This document shows, one piece after another, positions 25,913 through 34,104 of a stretch of DNA of 64,000 nucleotides. The notes under the pieces were generated by a model. The model had not been told where the DNA came from. It ran no database searches and saw only the letters and a program-made list of their open reading frames with translations. A program made the position numbers and the translations under genes. How positions within the stretch are numbered: position 1 is the first letter of the stretch; the number at the start of each line of letters is the position of its first letter. The DNA is from a virus (lineage: Duplodnaviria > Caudoviricetes): positions 29,829-93,828 of IMG/VR virus record IMGVR_UViG_3300032330_001692, one strand, 5' to 3'.

Positions 25913-26095
25913 ATGACCATACGAGTAATCAAAGCAGCAGTTCGTGAAGTAGCCTGCCAACATTGTGGCTCTCTGTTAGAGTACAGTCCCAGTGACGTGC
26001 AAGAAGCTTGGCATGAAGACTACTTAAACGACGGTACCTGGGTACCGTATATTGAGTGCCCTGAATGTGAAAAACATGTCCGACTCACACACTGA
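25913..26095 (+). CDS. Zn-ribbon protein
   Basis: CQHC...CPEC. Confidence 0.7.
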   Translation: MTIRVIKAAVREVACQHCGSLLEYSPSDVQEAWHEDYLNDGTWVPYIECPECEKHVRLTH

Positions 26096-26261
26096 CCTAG
26101 TTTATCGACTGCAAACTCGTGCAGAAATTCGCCGGCAGATTCCAACCAGAAAGTCTGTTCAGGAAAACAAACCTGACCGTATAGCAGACTTACTGGAAGA
26201 AGCTGCTCAGCGCATTCAACAACTGGAAGCTGCGTTGCAAGGTGCAACAAGGGCTTGCTAA
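26076..26261 (+). CDS. conserved phage hypothetical protein
   Basis: RAEIRRQIPTRKSVQENKPDRIADLLEEAA. Confidence 0.7.
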   Translation: MSDSHTDLVYRLQTRAEIRRQIPTRKSVQENKPDRIADLLEEAAQRIQQLEAALQGATRAC

Positions 26262-26268
26262 GCCACAT

Positions 26269-26365
26269 AGAGTGATGGGTGAGCTGGTTTAAACCACCTT
26301 CCTGCTAAGAAGACGTTTCGGGCACAAACTCGGGGCCGAGGGTTCGAATCCCTCTCACTCTGCCA
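26269..26365 (+). tRNA. tRNA-Ser(GCU)
   Basis: class II, G73. Confidence 0.88.
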
Positions 26366-26388
26366 AAAGGCATCGTTTATATATCAAA

Positions 26389-26481
26389 GGAAAGTTGGCA
26401 GAGTCCGGCTTATTGCACTAGTCTTGAAAACTAGCGGATCAGCGATGGTCCCGATGGGTTCGAATCCCTCACTTTCCGCCA
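26389..26481 (+). tRNA. tRNA-Ser(UGA)
   Basis: class II, G73. Confidence 0.9.
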
Positions 26482-26496
26482 CTAAAAGGAGTTAAC

Positions 26497-26706
26497 ATGC
26501 CTTGCATGAAATGTTCAAATGGCAAATACAAGTATGGTGAACATGGTAAATGTGTGTTTGATACCCTAACAGCCTGCAAACGTGCTGCTGCTGCTGCTAT
26601 TCACGTGCAAGACAAGTCTATAGACAGCGTAGAAGTCGCTACAAAAGATAGTTTTACAAAACTCTCCGGAAGTGTAACCCAACTGGGCCCCTCAAACTTG
26701 GCTTAA
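26497..26706 (+). CDS. hypothetical protein
   Basis: aaggag RBS. Confidence 0.65.
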   Translation: MPCMKCSNGKYKYGEHGKCVFDTLTACKRAAAAAIHVQDKSIDSVEVATKDSFTKLSGSVTQLGPSNLA

Positions 26707-26717
26707 AAAGCGTTAAC

Positions 26718-26975
26718 ATGAGCTATCACCTGTACAAAGAATTCCTGGAAAAGCACTACGAAAGCTTAGGTGAAAACAAAACCTTTGTGGTAGCTTGTTT
26801 CAGTGCACACAGCGGAGAGCTACAACAAGCTGTAGTGTACGCAAAAACAGAGCTACAGGCATTTTGCACATTTCTGAAAACAGACTATGCAAATACAACT
26901 GCATTACAAGAAAGTTTAGCCGGTGCAGATATGTGGATTTCTGCACTAGAAATCAATAACACGTTGACCGAGTGA
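26718..26975 (+). CDS. hypothetical protein
   Basis: ORF. Confidence 0.55.
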   Translation: MSYHLYKEFLEKHYESLGENKTFVVACFSAHSGELQQAVVYAKTELQAFCTFLKTDYANTTALQESLAGADMWISALEINNTLTE

Positions 26976-27031
26976 CTAGGTGGTTGGCTGCAACCCTTCC
27001 CAGACTGGTTGAAATCCAGTACGTGTTTCCA
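26958..27031 (+). tRNA. tRNA-Cys(GCA)
   Basis: U73, GCA loop; weak anticodon stem. Confidence 0.7.
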
Positions 27032-27042
27032 GAAAGACTACT

Positions 27043-27201
27043 ATGAAAACAAACTTGTTTAATGCTCGTCATCGTGGGCGGCACGGCCCAGGCGGCTGGC
27101 GCTGTCACTGTTGTGGCCCTGCTCCCAGTCACCGAGCAAGTTTTGCACGCTTGCACAAGCGTTTCATTTATCGTGTTTTGGATCGCCTGGAACACGAATG
27201 A
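27043..27201 (+). CDS. 52-aa basic Cys-containing peptide
   Basis: GPGGWRCHCCGP, read by eye. Confidence 0.55.
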   Translation: MKTNLFNARHRGRHGPGGWRCHCCGPAPSHRASFARLHKRFIYRVLDRLEHE

Positions 27202-27285
27202 TTGTACTGTTTCCAGAACCCGTACCACACTACTTGGTGTGGTATTTCGACAATCACGGTTTCGTGCATTGTTTTCAACTTTAAT

Positions 27286-27361
27286 GCGTGTGTAGCTCAA
27301 TTGGTAGAGCAGCTCGTTGCCAACGAGCAGGTTGCAGGTTCGAGACCTGTCGCCCGCACCA
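27286..27361 (+). tRNA. tRNA-Gly(GCC)
   Basis: cloverleaf, CCA. Confidence 0.88.
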
Positions 27362-27364
27362 TCT

Positions 27365-27441
27365 GCGTGGTTAGTGTTCAACGGCTAGCATCTTTGGTTT
27401 CCACCCAAAAGGAAAGGGTTCGAATCCCTTACCCCGCACCA
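27365..27441 (+). tRNA. tRNA-Gly(UCC)
   Basis: cloverleaf, CCA. Confidence 0.85.
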
Positions 27442-27449
27442 CTTACGAG

Positions 27450-27524
27450 AGTTCCTTAGCTCAGAGGCAGAGCAACGCTTTTACACGGCGAAGGTCGGGA
27501 TCTCGGAATTCCCAGGAACTACCA
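27450..27524 (+). tRNA. tRNA-Val(UAC)
   Basis: cloverleaf with atypical T loop. Confidence 0.8.
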
Positions 27525-27525
27525 T

Positions 27526-28143
27526 ATGTTAACTGATGACAACTCTGCTTGGCTGACCTTTCCACAACACAGGCTGTGGTTCAACAAACTGTGGCTCAGC
27601 GAAACTCTGGGCTACGATTGCGGGCCAGGCGGCGTTCCAGTAACCAAACCGGGGGTTTATGTTGTGCGGCCTGTGTACAACTTGCGCGGCATGGGCTTAG
27701 GCGCACGGCTAAAGTACCTGACTCCACACGACACTCACACTGTGCCTCCAGGCTATTTTTGGTGTGAGCAGTTTTTGGGTACACAACACAGCATTGACTA
27801 CACATGGGATAAGGGTTGGCAGCAAACGCAAGCCTTTGAGGGCTGCAACGAGCCAGATCAGCTATACCGATTTACCAGCTGGACTCGTTCCAGTCACCAA
27901 ATCGAGTTGCCGGCTGCATTTGATGTGTTGCAAGACTGTGAACACATCAACGTTGAGTTTGTTGGCGGCAAGATCATAGAAGTACACTTGCGTGTATCTC
28001 CTGATCCTCAAGACTACCATCACTTGATACCTGTGTGGAGCGACGAACTTTTGTTGATGCCACCAGGCTACACTTGGATCGCCAGTGAGGACAGTGCAGA
28101 CGGCTTGCTGCCCAGCACACGACTAGGATTTTATGTAAAATGA
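27526..28143 (+). CDS. ATP-grasp-like phage protein
   Basis: NKL-x-LS-x2-LGY-x-CGP, VRP-x2-NL-x-GMG, INVE...IIEVHLR. Confidence 0.65.
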   Translation: MLTDDNSAWLTFPQHRLWFNKLWLSETLGYDCGPGGVPVTKPGVYVVRPVYNLRGMGLGARLKYLTPHDTHTVPPGYFWCEQFLGTQHSIDYTWDKGWQQTQAFEGCNEPDQLYRFTSWTRSSHQIELPAAFDVLQDCEHINVEFVGGKIIEVHLRVSPDPQDYHHLIPVWSDELLLMPPGYTWIASEDSADGLLPSTRLGFYVK

Positions 28144-28424
28144 GCATCAAATTCACCAGAATTAAAAAGTGCCTGGAACTAGATGACAAACTCGCCTTTG
28201 GTGCTCACTCCGGTAAAAGCATCAGCTACATGCTGGAGTTTGAGCCGGAGTACTTGTTTTGGGCAACAAAACAACCAAACTTGATTTTTCTGTGCCACAC
28301 AGCAGCCATAAGACTTGAAGAAAAAGCCACCCGCGCCAAACAGGAAAAAGAAAAGCACAAAGCAAAAGCCTACTATTACGCAGACACTGACCAAGACTCT
28401 TGGTTTGATGACGTGCCGTTTTAA
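28140..28424 (+). CDS. DUF3820/ExoX-C-terminal-like protein
   Basis: FG-x-H-x-GK...PEYL-x-W. Confidence 0.55.
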   Translation: MSIKFTRIKKCLELDDKLAFGAHSGKSISYMLEFEPEYLFWATKQPNLIFLCHTAAIRLEEKATRAKQEKEKHKAKAYYYADTDQDSWFDDVPF

Positions 28425-28483
28425 AGGCTTGAAACTCAACTCAATTTCGGATATAATTTATCTTTAGATAAATAGGAAATCAA

Positions 28484-28804
28484 ATGCGCAAAATGATTGT
28501 TCACCTGAGTGTTGGCTTTGCAGGCATGGATGCCTATGAAGCACTTCTAGTTGAAGACGATGCCACTGAAGACGAGATTGCACAAGAAGCCTGGCACATG
28601 GCCTTAGATCACGCTGAACGTTACGGCTACTATCCCACAGACGATTACAGCGAAGACGGCGAAGACGAAGATGATGGCGGCTGGGACCGGGATCATTACT
28701 CTCACAACATCGAAGGCTGTGCTGAAGACTACGATCCTGATCGTCACGACATGAAGCGTGCAGGCGGCGGCAGTTTCGAACTAGACTTTGCAGGCATGAT
28801 GTAA
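28484..28804 (+). CDS. highly acidic protein
   Basis: promoter plus RBS; D/E-rich. Confidence 0.7.
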   Translation: MRKMIVHLSVGFAGMDAYEALLVEDDATEDEIAQEAWHMALDHAERYGYYPTDDYSEDGEDEDDGGWDRDHYSHNIEGCAEDYDPDRHDMKRAGGGSFELDFAGMM

Positions 28805-28811
28805 TTGTAGT

Positions 28812-28887
28812 CCAACTTTAGCTGATGTGGTCATAGCGCTGGTTTGAAGCTCCAGTGAACTTGGTTCGATTCCAAGAGGTTGGGCCA
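28812..28887 (+). tRNA. tRNA-Phe(GAA)
   Basis: cloverleaf, CCA. Confidence 0.8.
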
Positions 28888-28991
28888 TAAGTTTAGTATA
28901 CGGTATAGCTCAGTTGAATAGAGCGAGTGATAAAATACTAGTTAGCACGTAGCGCGTCGGGTAAGAGCCGACTACCGTTTACTAAACTTAT
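28887..28991 (+). ncRNA. tRNA-like RNA with extended acceptor stem, no CCA
   Basis: ~19-bp stem, canonical D arm, T-arm-like hairpin. Confidence 0.6.
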
Positions 28992-29066
28992 GGTGCGTTC
29001 GTATAGAGGTTATTACTGCGGATTGTCTATCCGCTTACGCGAGTTCGATTCTCGCACGCATCGCCA
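28992..29066 (+). tRNA. tRNA-Asp(GUC)
   Basis: cloverleaf, G73. Confidence 0.88.
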
Positions 29067-29135
29067 AAATTTTGATCTTGAAGTGGAATCAAAATCTGTT
29101 TATAATTGAATCTTACAAACTGAAAAATCAACAAA

Positions 29136-29546
29136 ATGTCAGCACAACACTACGTTAATGCCATGCTTCCCTTTCAACATACAGCAATGTGGCCTTTTGC
29201 AGCAATGAGTGCAATTGCTCAGGACATTCAGCAAGAATGGGCCACGGCCGATGCATTGGACATCGGTGCTCTGGCTCAAGCAGAAAACATTCGCATTTGT
29301 CACAGTTTCGAGCCTGATGTTCCAGGCGGATTTACCCTTGCTTACCGCAAAGCCAATGAGTTCAATAACTGTCGCATGGTAGAAGTTGCTGTTGCCTACT
29401 GCTCACCTCACGATGTGTTCAGCAAGAAAGTAGGTGCTCGGCGTGCACTAGACAACTTCCTGGACGGTGCAACAGTGCTGGTACCTGCACGCACTGAAGG
29501 CGACCACAGCATTGTGTGGAACCTGCGCAGGATGTTTACCATTTAA
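29136..29546 (+). CDS. hypothetical protein
   Basis: VAYCSPHDVFSKKVG motif; own promoter. Confidence 0.7.
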   Translation: MSAQHYVNAMLPFQHTAMWPFAAMSAIAQDIQQEWATADALDIGALAQAENIRICHSFEPDVPGGFTLAYRKANEFNNCRMVEVAVAYCSPHDVFSKKVGARRALDNFLDGATVLVPARTEGDHSIVWNLRRMFTI

Positions 29547-29551
29547 TCACC

Positions 29552-29636
29552 GCCCCGATGGTGGAATAGGTAGTCACAGGAGACTTAAAATCTCCCGCTT
29601 TCGGGTGTGCCGGTTCGAGTCCGGCTCGGGGTACCA
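29552..29636 (+). tRNA. tRNA-Leu(UAA)
   Basis: class II cloverleaf. Confidence 0.92.
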
Positions 29637-29662
29637 ACTAATTTAACTCAATCTAACCTAAA

Positions 29663-30094
29663 ATGAATCGCCTATTTACTGCTGTGACCCTAGCCGCTGC
29701 ACTAACCTTGGCCGCCTGCGGCCCAGATCGTGCTCCACAAGACATTGTGGACACCAACATGACCATTTCGCGTTTGAATGCTCAAAAGAACGCAAACAGC
29801 TACTTTCCTCAAGCCTGGCCAGAAGGCACTGTACACCCTGTGTGGAATGCAAAGCCTACTCGTATTTTAATGCAGTCAGACTCCAGCATTACCCCACAAT
29901 GCCGTTACGGTGACGGCTGGGCCAGTGGCGATCTACAATTTGACAACGGCAAGTCAATCAAGATCAAGTGCCAAACCAATGGTGTTGGCAAAGGCATCAA
30001 CGGCTGCATGCAAGAAGTGGAATTCCAAACCAAGTCGTACAAAGACGAAGACGGCAAGTGTGCCAATCTCAACAAGCTGGAGAAGTTCCAGTGA
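29663..30094 (+). CDS. lipoprotein
   Basis: signal peptide with LAAC lipobox. Confidence 0.8.
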   Translation: MNRLFTAVTLAAALTLAACGPDRAPQDIVDTNMTISRLNAQKNANSYFPQAWPEGTVHPVWNAKPTRILMQSDSSITPQCRYGDGWASGDLQFDNGKSIKIKCQTNGVGKGINGCMQEVEFQTKSYKDEDGKCANLNKLEKFQ

Positions 30095-30196
30095 TGGGTG
30101 ATTTAGCAGCAGCTCTTGTATTCTTATTCGGTATTCTAGTGGGAACAGGCCTGGGCTGGTTTGCACGCTACATCCGCAGCAAGTTCCACTAACAGT

Positions 30197-30270
30197 GGTG
30201 AGGATAGTGTAATGGGAGCACCGTTGTCTGTGAAACAACTAGACTGAGATCGAAACTCAACCTCACACCA
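30197..30270 (+). tRNA. tRNA-His(GUG)
   Basis: GTG loop, encoded G-1, A73. Confidence 0.75.
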
Positions 30271-30370
30271 CACAAGCCACCTCAGGGTGGCTTTTTGTTT
30301 TGAAAATTTTAACTTGAACCCGCGGCCTCTTTAGGCTATAATAGATCTTTCACCCACAACAACCACAACA

Positions 30371-30688
30371 ATGAACGAAACAACCTATCAATTTTACTTT
30401 GGCCCTGTTACACCTGAAAATTCAGAAGACCTTGAAAATTACTTTCAAGACAAAAACGGAAACAGTTTTTACTACAAGATTGTGGTAGAAGAAGACATGT
30501 TTTACATCTACGATACTTGCAGCCGCATGATTCCAATTGACCGTGAGTTTGTGCAGAGCTTTGGCACCGCAATGTTTGGTGTAGAGGGTGTGTACAGTGC
30601 AGCCAGCGAAGCCGAACAGCTTTTCAACAAGCGTATTCGTGAAGTCGAGGCGCTGGTAGACTACTGGAACACCGAGGACGGTGAATGA
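30371..30688 (+). CDS. hypothetical protein
   Basis: promoter upstream. Confidence 0.65.
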   Translation: MNETTYQFYFGPVTPENSEDLENYFQDKNGNSFYYKIVVEEDMFYIYDTCSRMIPIDREFVQSFGTAMFGVEGVYSAASEAEQLFNKRIREVEALVDYWNTEDGE

Positions 30689-31341
30689 GCACAGTTGTTT
30701 TAGTAGGTGTGACTCAACCACGGTTGCCAGGCGTTGAATCTGTGGAAGACTTGGTGGCGTATGCTGCCAGAGTCTCAAATCCAAGCAATCAAATGAATTC
30801 CGAAACAGCTCCAAAGCTGCTCCGTTACCTGATGAAGAATCAACACTGGAGTCCGTTTGAGATGGTTTCCCTAACCATGGAAATCAACACAACCCGAGAC
30901 ATTGCACGTCAAATCTTGCGTCACCGCAGTTTCGCATTTCAGGAGTTTTCTCAGCGGTATGCCAGTGCTGAATCGCTGGGCTTTGAAACTCGTGAGGCAC
31001 GTATGCAAGATTCAAAAAACCGCCAAGCCAGCTTGGAGACTACGGATCATGAGCTGCAGGACATGTGGCAGGAAAAGCAGCTTGAATTGTTGCGCAAAAC
31101 TCGCGAAACATATACTTGGGCGCTCACAAACGGCATTGCAAAAGAACAAGCACGTGCTGTACTGCCTGAAGGCAACACTCAAAGCCGGCTGTACATGGCG
31201 GGTACTCTGCGCAGCTGGCTTCACTATTGTTTGCTGCGTACTGAGCTGGGAACACAAAAAGAGCATCGTGTGGTAGCAGAACAGTGTTTTGAGATCATCA
31301 AGCTGGAGTTTCCCAGTATTGCAGAACTGTTGGCAGCATGA
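30685..31341 (+). CDS. thyX: flavin-dependent thymidylate synthase
   Basis: HWSPFE, RHRSFAFQEFSQRY, EQARAVLP. Confidence 0.95.
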   Translation: MSTVVLVGVTQPRLPGVESVEDLVAYAARVSNPSNQMNSETAPKLLRYLMKNQHWSPFEMVSLTMEINTTRDIARQILRHRSFAFQEFSQRYASAESLGFETREARMQDSKNRQASLETTDHELQDMWQEKQLELLRKTRETYTWALTNGIAKEQARAVLPEGNTQSRLYMAGTLRSWLHYCLLRTELGTQKEHRVVAEQCFEIIKLEFPSIAELLAA

Positions 31342-31616
31342 AATTCACCAAAAGCAGTTACAATCCACTGGCAGAGATACTGGAACTGTTTCCTACATAC
31401 GCTCCTATGTTTGTGACTACTTTTGGCTTTGAGCAATTCAACAAATTGCTTCGGCAAGGAGGCGTTCACTGCCACTCCCAATCAGAAATGCTCCAATGTT
31501 TGGAAGTTTTAGAGTCACTGGGCGTATTAGAAGTAGAACAAGTTACACATAGTGGCAGCAACTACCTTAAAATAGGAAATAAATTAAATGGCAAAGACTC
31601 GCAGCAAAACAGCTGA
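31338..31616 (+). CDS. hypothetical protein
   Basis: ATGA coupling. Confidence 0.55.
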   Translation: MKFTKSSYNPLAEILELFPTYAPMFVTTFGFEQFNKLLRQGGVHCHSQSEMLQCLEVLESLGVLEVEQVTHSGSNYLKIGNKLNGKDSQQNS

Positions 31617-31980
31617 AAATAACGCTCAAGTCTACAAGAGCTCACGTCGCTGGGAAACCAATCGCAAGCGCAGACTTGCTCGCGCACTCAAACGCAATCC
31701 AGAAAACACGCAAATTGAAACAGCCATGAAAAACATGGTTTATCGGCGCAAAACTCCCACAAATCGCGTGTGGTCACATTCCATGCGACGTCAAGCTGAA
31801 CTGTTTCAACGATTTGTAGGCCGAGTGTATTCAGACATGTTTTCTAGCAATGAAAAGCTGAGCGGGCCTGCACTCACCAGACCAGGCACAGCACAAAAAC
31901 AAAAACCTTTTGATCAAAGCCGTATGTTCTCCCTAGGCACGCGTGCTCACAACGGTGCAGGTGTAGCAGTATGGAGTTGA
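31588..31980 (+). CDS. basic hypothetical protein
   Basis: RBS; R/K-rich. Confidence 0.65.
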   Translation: MAKTRSKTAENNAQVYKSSRRWETNRKRRLARALKRNPENTQIETAMKNMVYRRKTPTNRVWSHSMRRQAELFQRFVGRVYSDMFSSNEKLSGPALTRPGTAQKQKPFDQSRMFSLGTRAHNGAGVAVWS

Positions 31981-32228
31981 TTGGGTGGTATGGGGTGTTT
32001 GCAGTTACCACCTGCATAGTTGCAGGCTTTGAACTATTCTGGCCTGTGCTTCGAAGTCTGCGCATAACACATCCAGAGTTGCTGATTGTAGAGAATGTAT
32101 GGCTCAGCATGCTGGTATTCCTGACCATGGCCTTAGTCTTGGCTCCACTAACCATTTTGCCTTGCGTTTGGCCACCCAGCGGTGAACGATTTCGCAAAAA
32201 GCTGTGGGAATCACTCTTAAAAGAGTGA
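31971..32228 (+). CDS. two-TM membrane protein
   Basis: hydrophobic segments. Confidence 0.6.
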   Translation: MELIGWYGVFAVTTCIVAGFELFWPVLRSLRITHPELLIVENVWLSMLVFLTMALVLAPLTILPCVWPPSGERFRKKLWESLLKE

Positions 32229-32292
32229 AATTTTGCAGTTGCAGAGTGTGGGTGTTTCGTTTATAATATTTACTTACTCGGAGATCATTCAA

Positions 32293-32568
32293 ATGAAGTT
32301 CGCAGCGTTTAAATATACTGACACCAAAGGCAAAATCTCTCAGCGTAAACTGCTGGTGCTGGATCAGCCCTCAAACAAACTCACTGGCATCGACGTCACG
32401 GAACTGGAACCAGTTCAAGCACAGCAACTGGCTCGTGAGTACGATCGACTGCTGGATGCATTCCGCCAGTCAGTGCTGGAATTGTACACCGACTTTGATG
32501 TTGAGCACAACTACCGTCAGTTCTTGCAAGCCAAGATTGAAAGCCTGGAAGTCGTTCAGGCTTATTGA
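32293..32568 (+). CDS. hypothetical protein
   Basis: promoter plus ggag RBS. Confidence 0.7.
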   Translation: MKFAAFKYTDTKGKISQRKLLVLDQPSNKLTGIDVTELEPVQAQQLAREYDRLLDAFRQSVLELYTDFDVEHNYRQFLQAKIESLEVVQAY

Positions 32569-32640
32569 AAAACTAGGGTCAGCACGGTGGGACGTGCAGG
32601 TAGACAATACTGCATACAAGGTTCGAATCCAAACTCTAGG

Positions 32641-32940
32641 CACGATGGTTGTAATTCCCCTGAAACGAATGTGAGCAAGACGCGGGTTCGACTCCCGCCA
32701 GGTCCACCAGAAGTACTTTTGTCCATGGAGTTGGGAACGGATAGATAAACCGTGAAAGTATTTCTGATGGGCCTGCCCAGGTTTCGATTGCGCAAGCTAG
32801 TGGATGGAGCAACTCGGTAGGCGATGACCGTAAATCAAGCAAAACACAATAAATGCAAACGATAGCATTTTTGCTGTAGCGGCCTAAAAAACTTGCACAG
32901 CTGAGGTTTTGGCCGGTTCCTTATCAAAGAATACCGGCCC
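32641..32940 (+). ncRNA. ssrA: circularly permuted two-piece tmRNA, tag (A)ANDSIFAVAA
   Basis: acceptor piece ends CAGGTCCACCA (32709); coding piece starts GGGCCTG (32769) with G3-U70; tag ORF 32855-32887. Confidence 0.9.
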
Positions 32941-32941
32941 T

Positions 32942-33060
32942 TTAGAATAACGCTAATGTGAAGGGACTCCGTGCACGGTGAGCCTGGATCTGAGTCAGCG
33001 AGTTGATAGTTGGAGTGGACTGACCCACAAAGAGTAACTATCGAATTGGCGTTATTCTAA
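32942..33060 (+). ncRNA. stem-closed RNA between tmRNA and tRNA-Thr
   Basis: 16-bp terminal stem, internal hairpins. Confidence 0.5.
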
Positions 33061-33064
33061 AGAA

Positions 33065-33140
33065 GCCCACTTAGCTCAGCAGGTAGAGCACCGCCCTTGT
33101 AACGCGGAGGCAGTCCGTTCGAGTCGGACAGTGGGCACCA
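33065..33140 (+). tRNA. tRNA-Thr(UGU)
   Basis: cloverleaf, CCA. Confidence 0.88.
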
Positions 33141-33155
33141 CAACCAAGGAGTAGC

Positions 33156-33743
33156 ATGCAAGAACTAGAACTAAAACCACGATATAACTTTTCCAAAACA
33201 GCTGCTCAAGTTCACGAGTTCTATATTTCAGGGGAAATCAAAGAACCCCTAGAGTATACAGAATGGTTTGACATTATCAGAAACGCAGGCGAAGACGACA
33301 CCGTTAAACTGTACATCAATTCAGGCGGTGGCAGCGTAGACACAGCAGTACAGTTTATGCACTTGCTGCGTACTACCCAAGCATTTGTGGTGTGTGCTGT
33401 AGAAGGTGCCTGCATGAGCGCAGCCACCATGATCTTTCTACAAGGTCATGCTTTGGAAATCTGCGAACACAGCCTATTCATGTTTCACAACTACGCTGGC
33501 GGCGTTTTCGGCAAAGGCGGAGAACTCTACGATCAAATCAGCTTTGAACGTGCTTGGAGCCGTCAGCTCTTAGAAGATGTATATAAGGACTTCTTGACTC
33601 AGGCTGAAATTAACCAGATGCTGGACAACAAAGACATTTGGCTGAGCGGAGACGAAGTAAAAAAGCGGGCTGTAGCCTTAGCTGAGCTGCGCAATCAGCA
33701 AGCAGAGGCCGCCGCAGCGGCAACTGCAGAAATTTCCGCTTGA
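33156..33743 (+). CDS. ClpP-like serine protease
   Basis: LYINS-x-GGSV, G-x-CMSAA, MFH, DIWL. Confidence 0.85.
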   Translation: MQELELKPRYNFSKTAAQVHEFYISGEIKEPLEYTEWFDIIRNAGEDDTVKLYINSGGGSVDTAVQFMHLLRTTQAFVVCAVEGACMSAATMIFLQGHALEICEHSLFMFHNYAGGVFGKGGELYDQISFERAWSRQLLEDVYKDFLTQAEINQMLDNKDIWLSGDEVKKRAVALAELRNQQAEAAAAATAEISA

Positions 33744-33774
33744 ATTTGCTGCTTAATCATGTCATAATACTCTC

Positions 33775-34035
33775 ATGAATTCAAAAAAGCAGCGCAAGTT
33801 CAGAGTCTGGGATAACAGGCTGTTATACGAAACCTTACAAAAAGTCATACAAATAACCAACACAGTAGAAACAAAGTGTGGAGACAAACTCAGTCCAGGC
33901 GACTTGCCTCAAAGCATAGTGCCCACTGATACCTTATATGAAATTTGCTTGTGCTATCAATCGCTGTATGAAAAGCTGGAAACAGAAGAACTGCTGCAAA
34001 GTGGCTATCCAAAGGGTAAGCCCACCACGCATTAA
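33775..34035 (+). CDS. hypothetical protein, probably leaderless
   Basis: -10 box 6 nt before ATG. Confidence 0.6.
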   Translation: MNSKKQRKFRVWDNRLLYETLQKVIQITNTVETKCGDKLSPGDLPQSIVPTDTLYEICLCYQSLYEKLETEELLQSGYPKGKPTTH

Positions 34036-34104
34036 ATTTTGTACTTGAGCTATCAGCTAAAACGCTCTATAATAATATCTTTCAATCACTAAAGGAAACA
34101 CAAC

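Noticed and set aside
32562-32842. Minus-strand ORFs over the tmRNA
   Set aside because: Typical antisense artefacts of ssrA.
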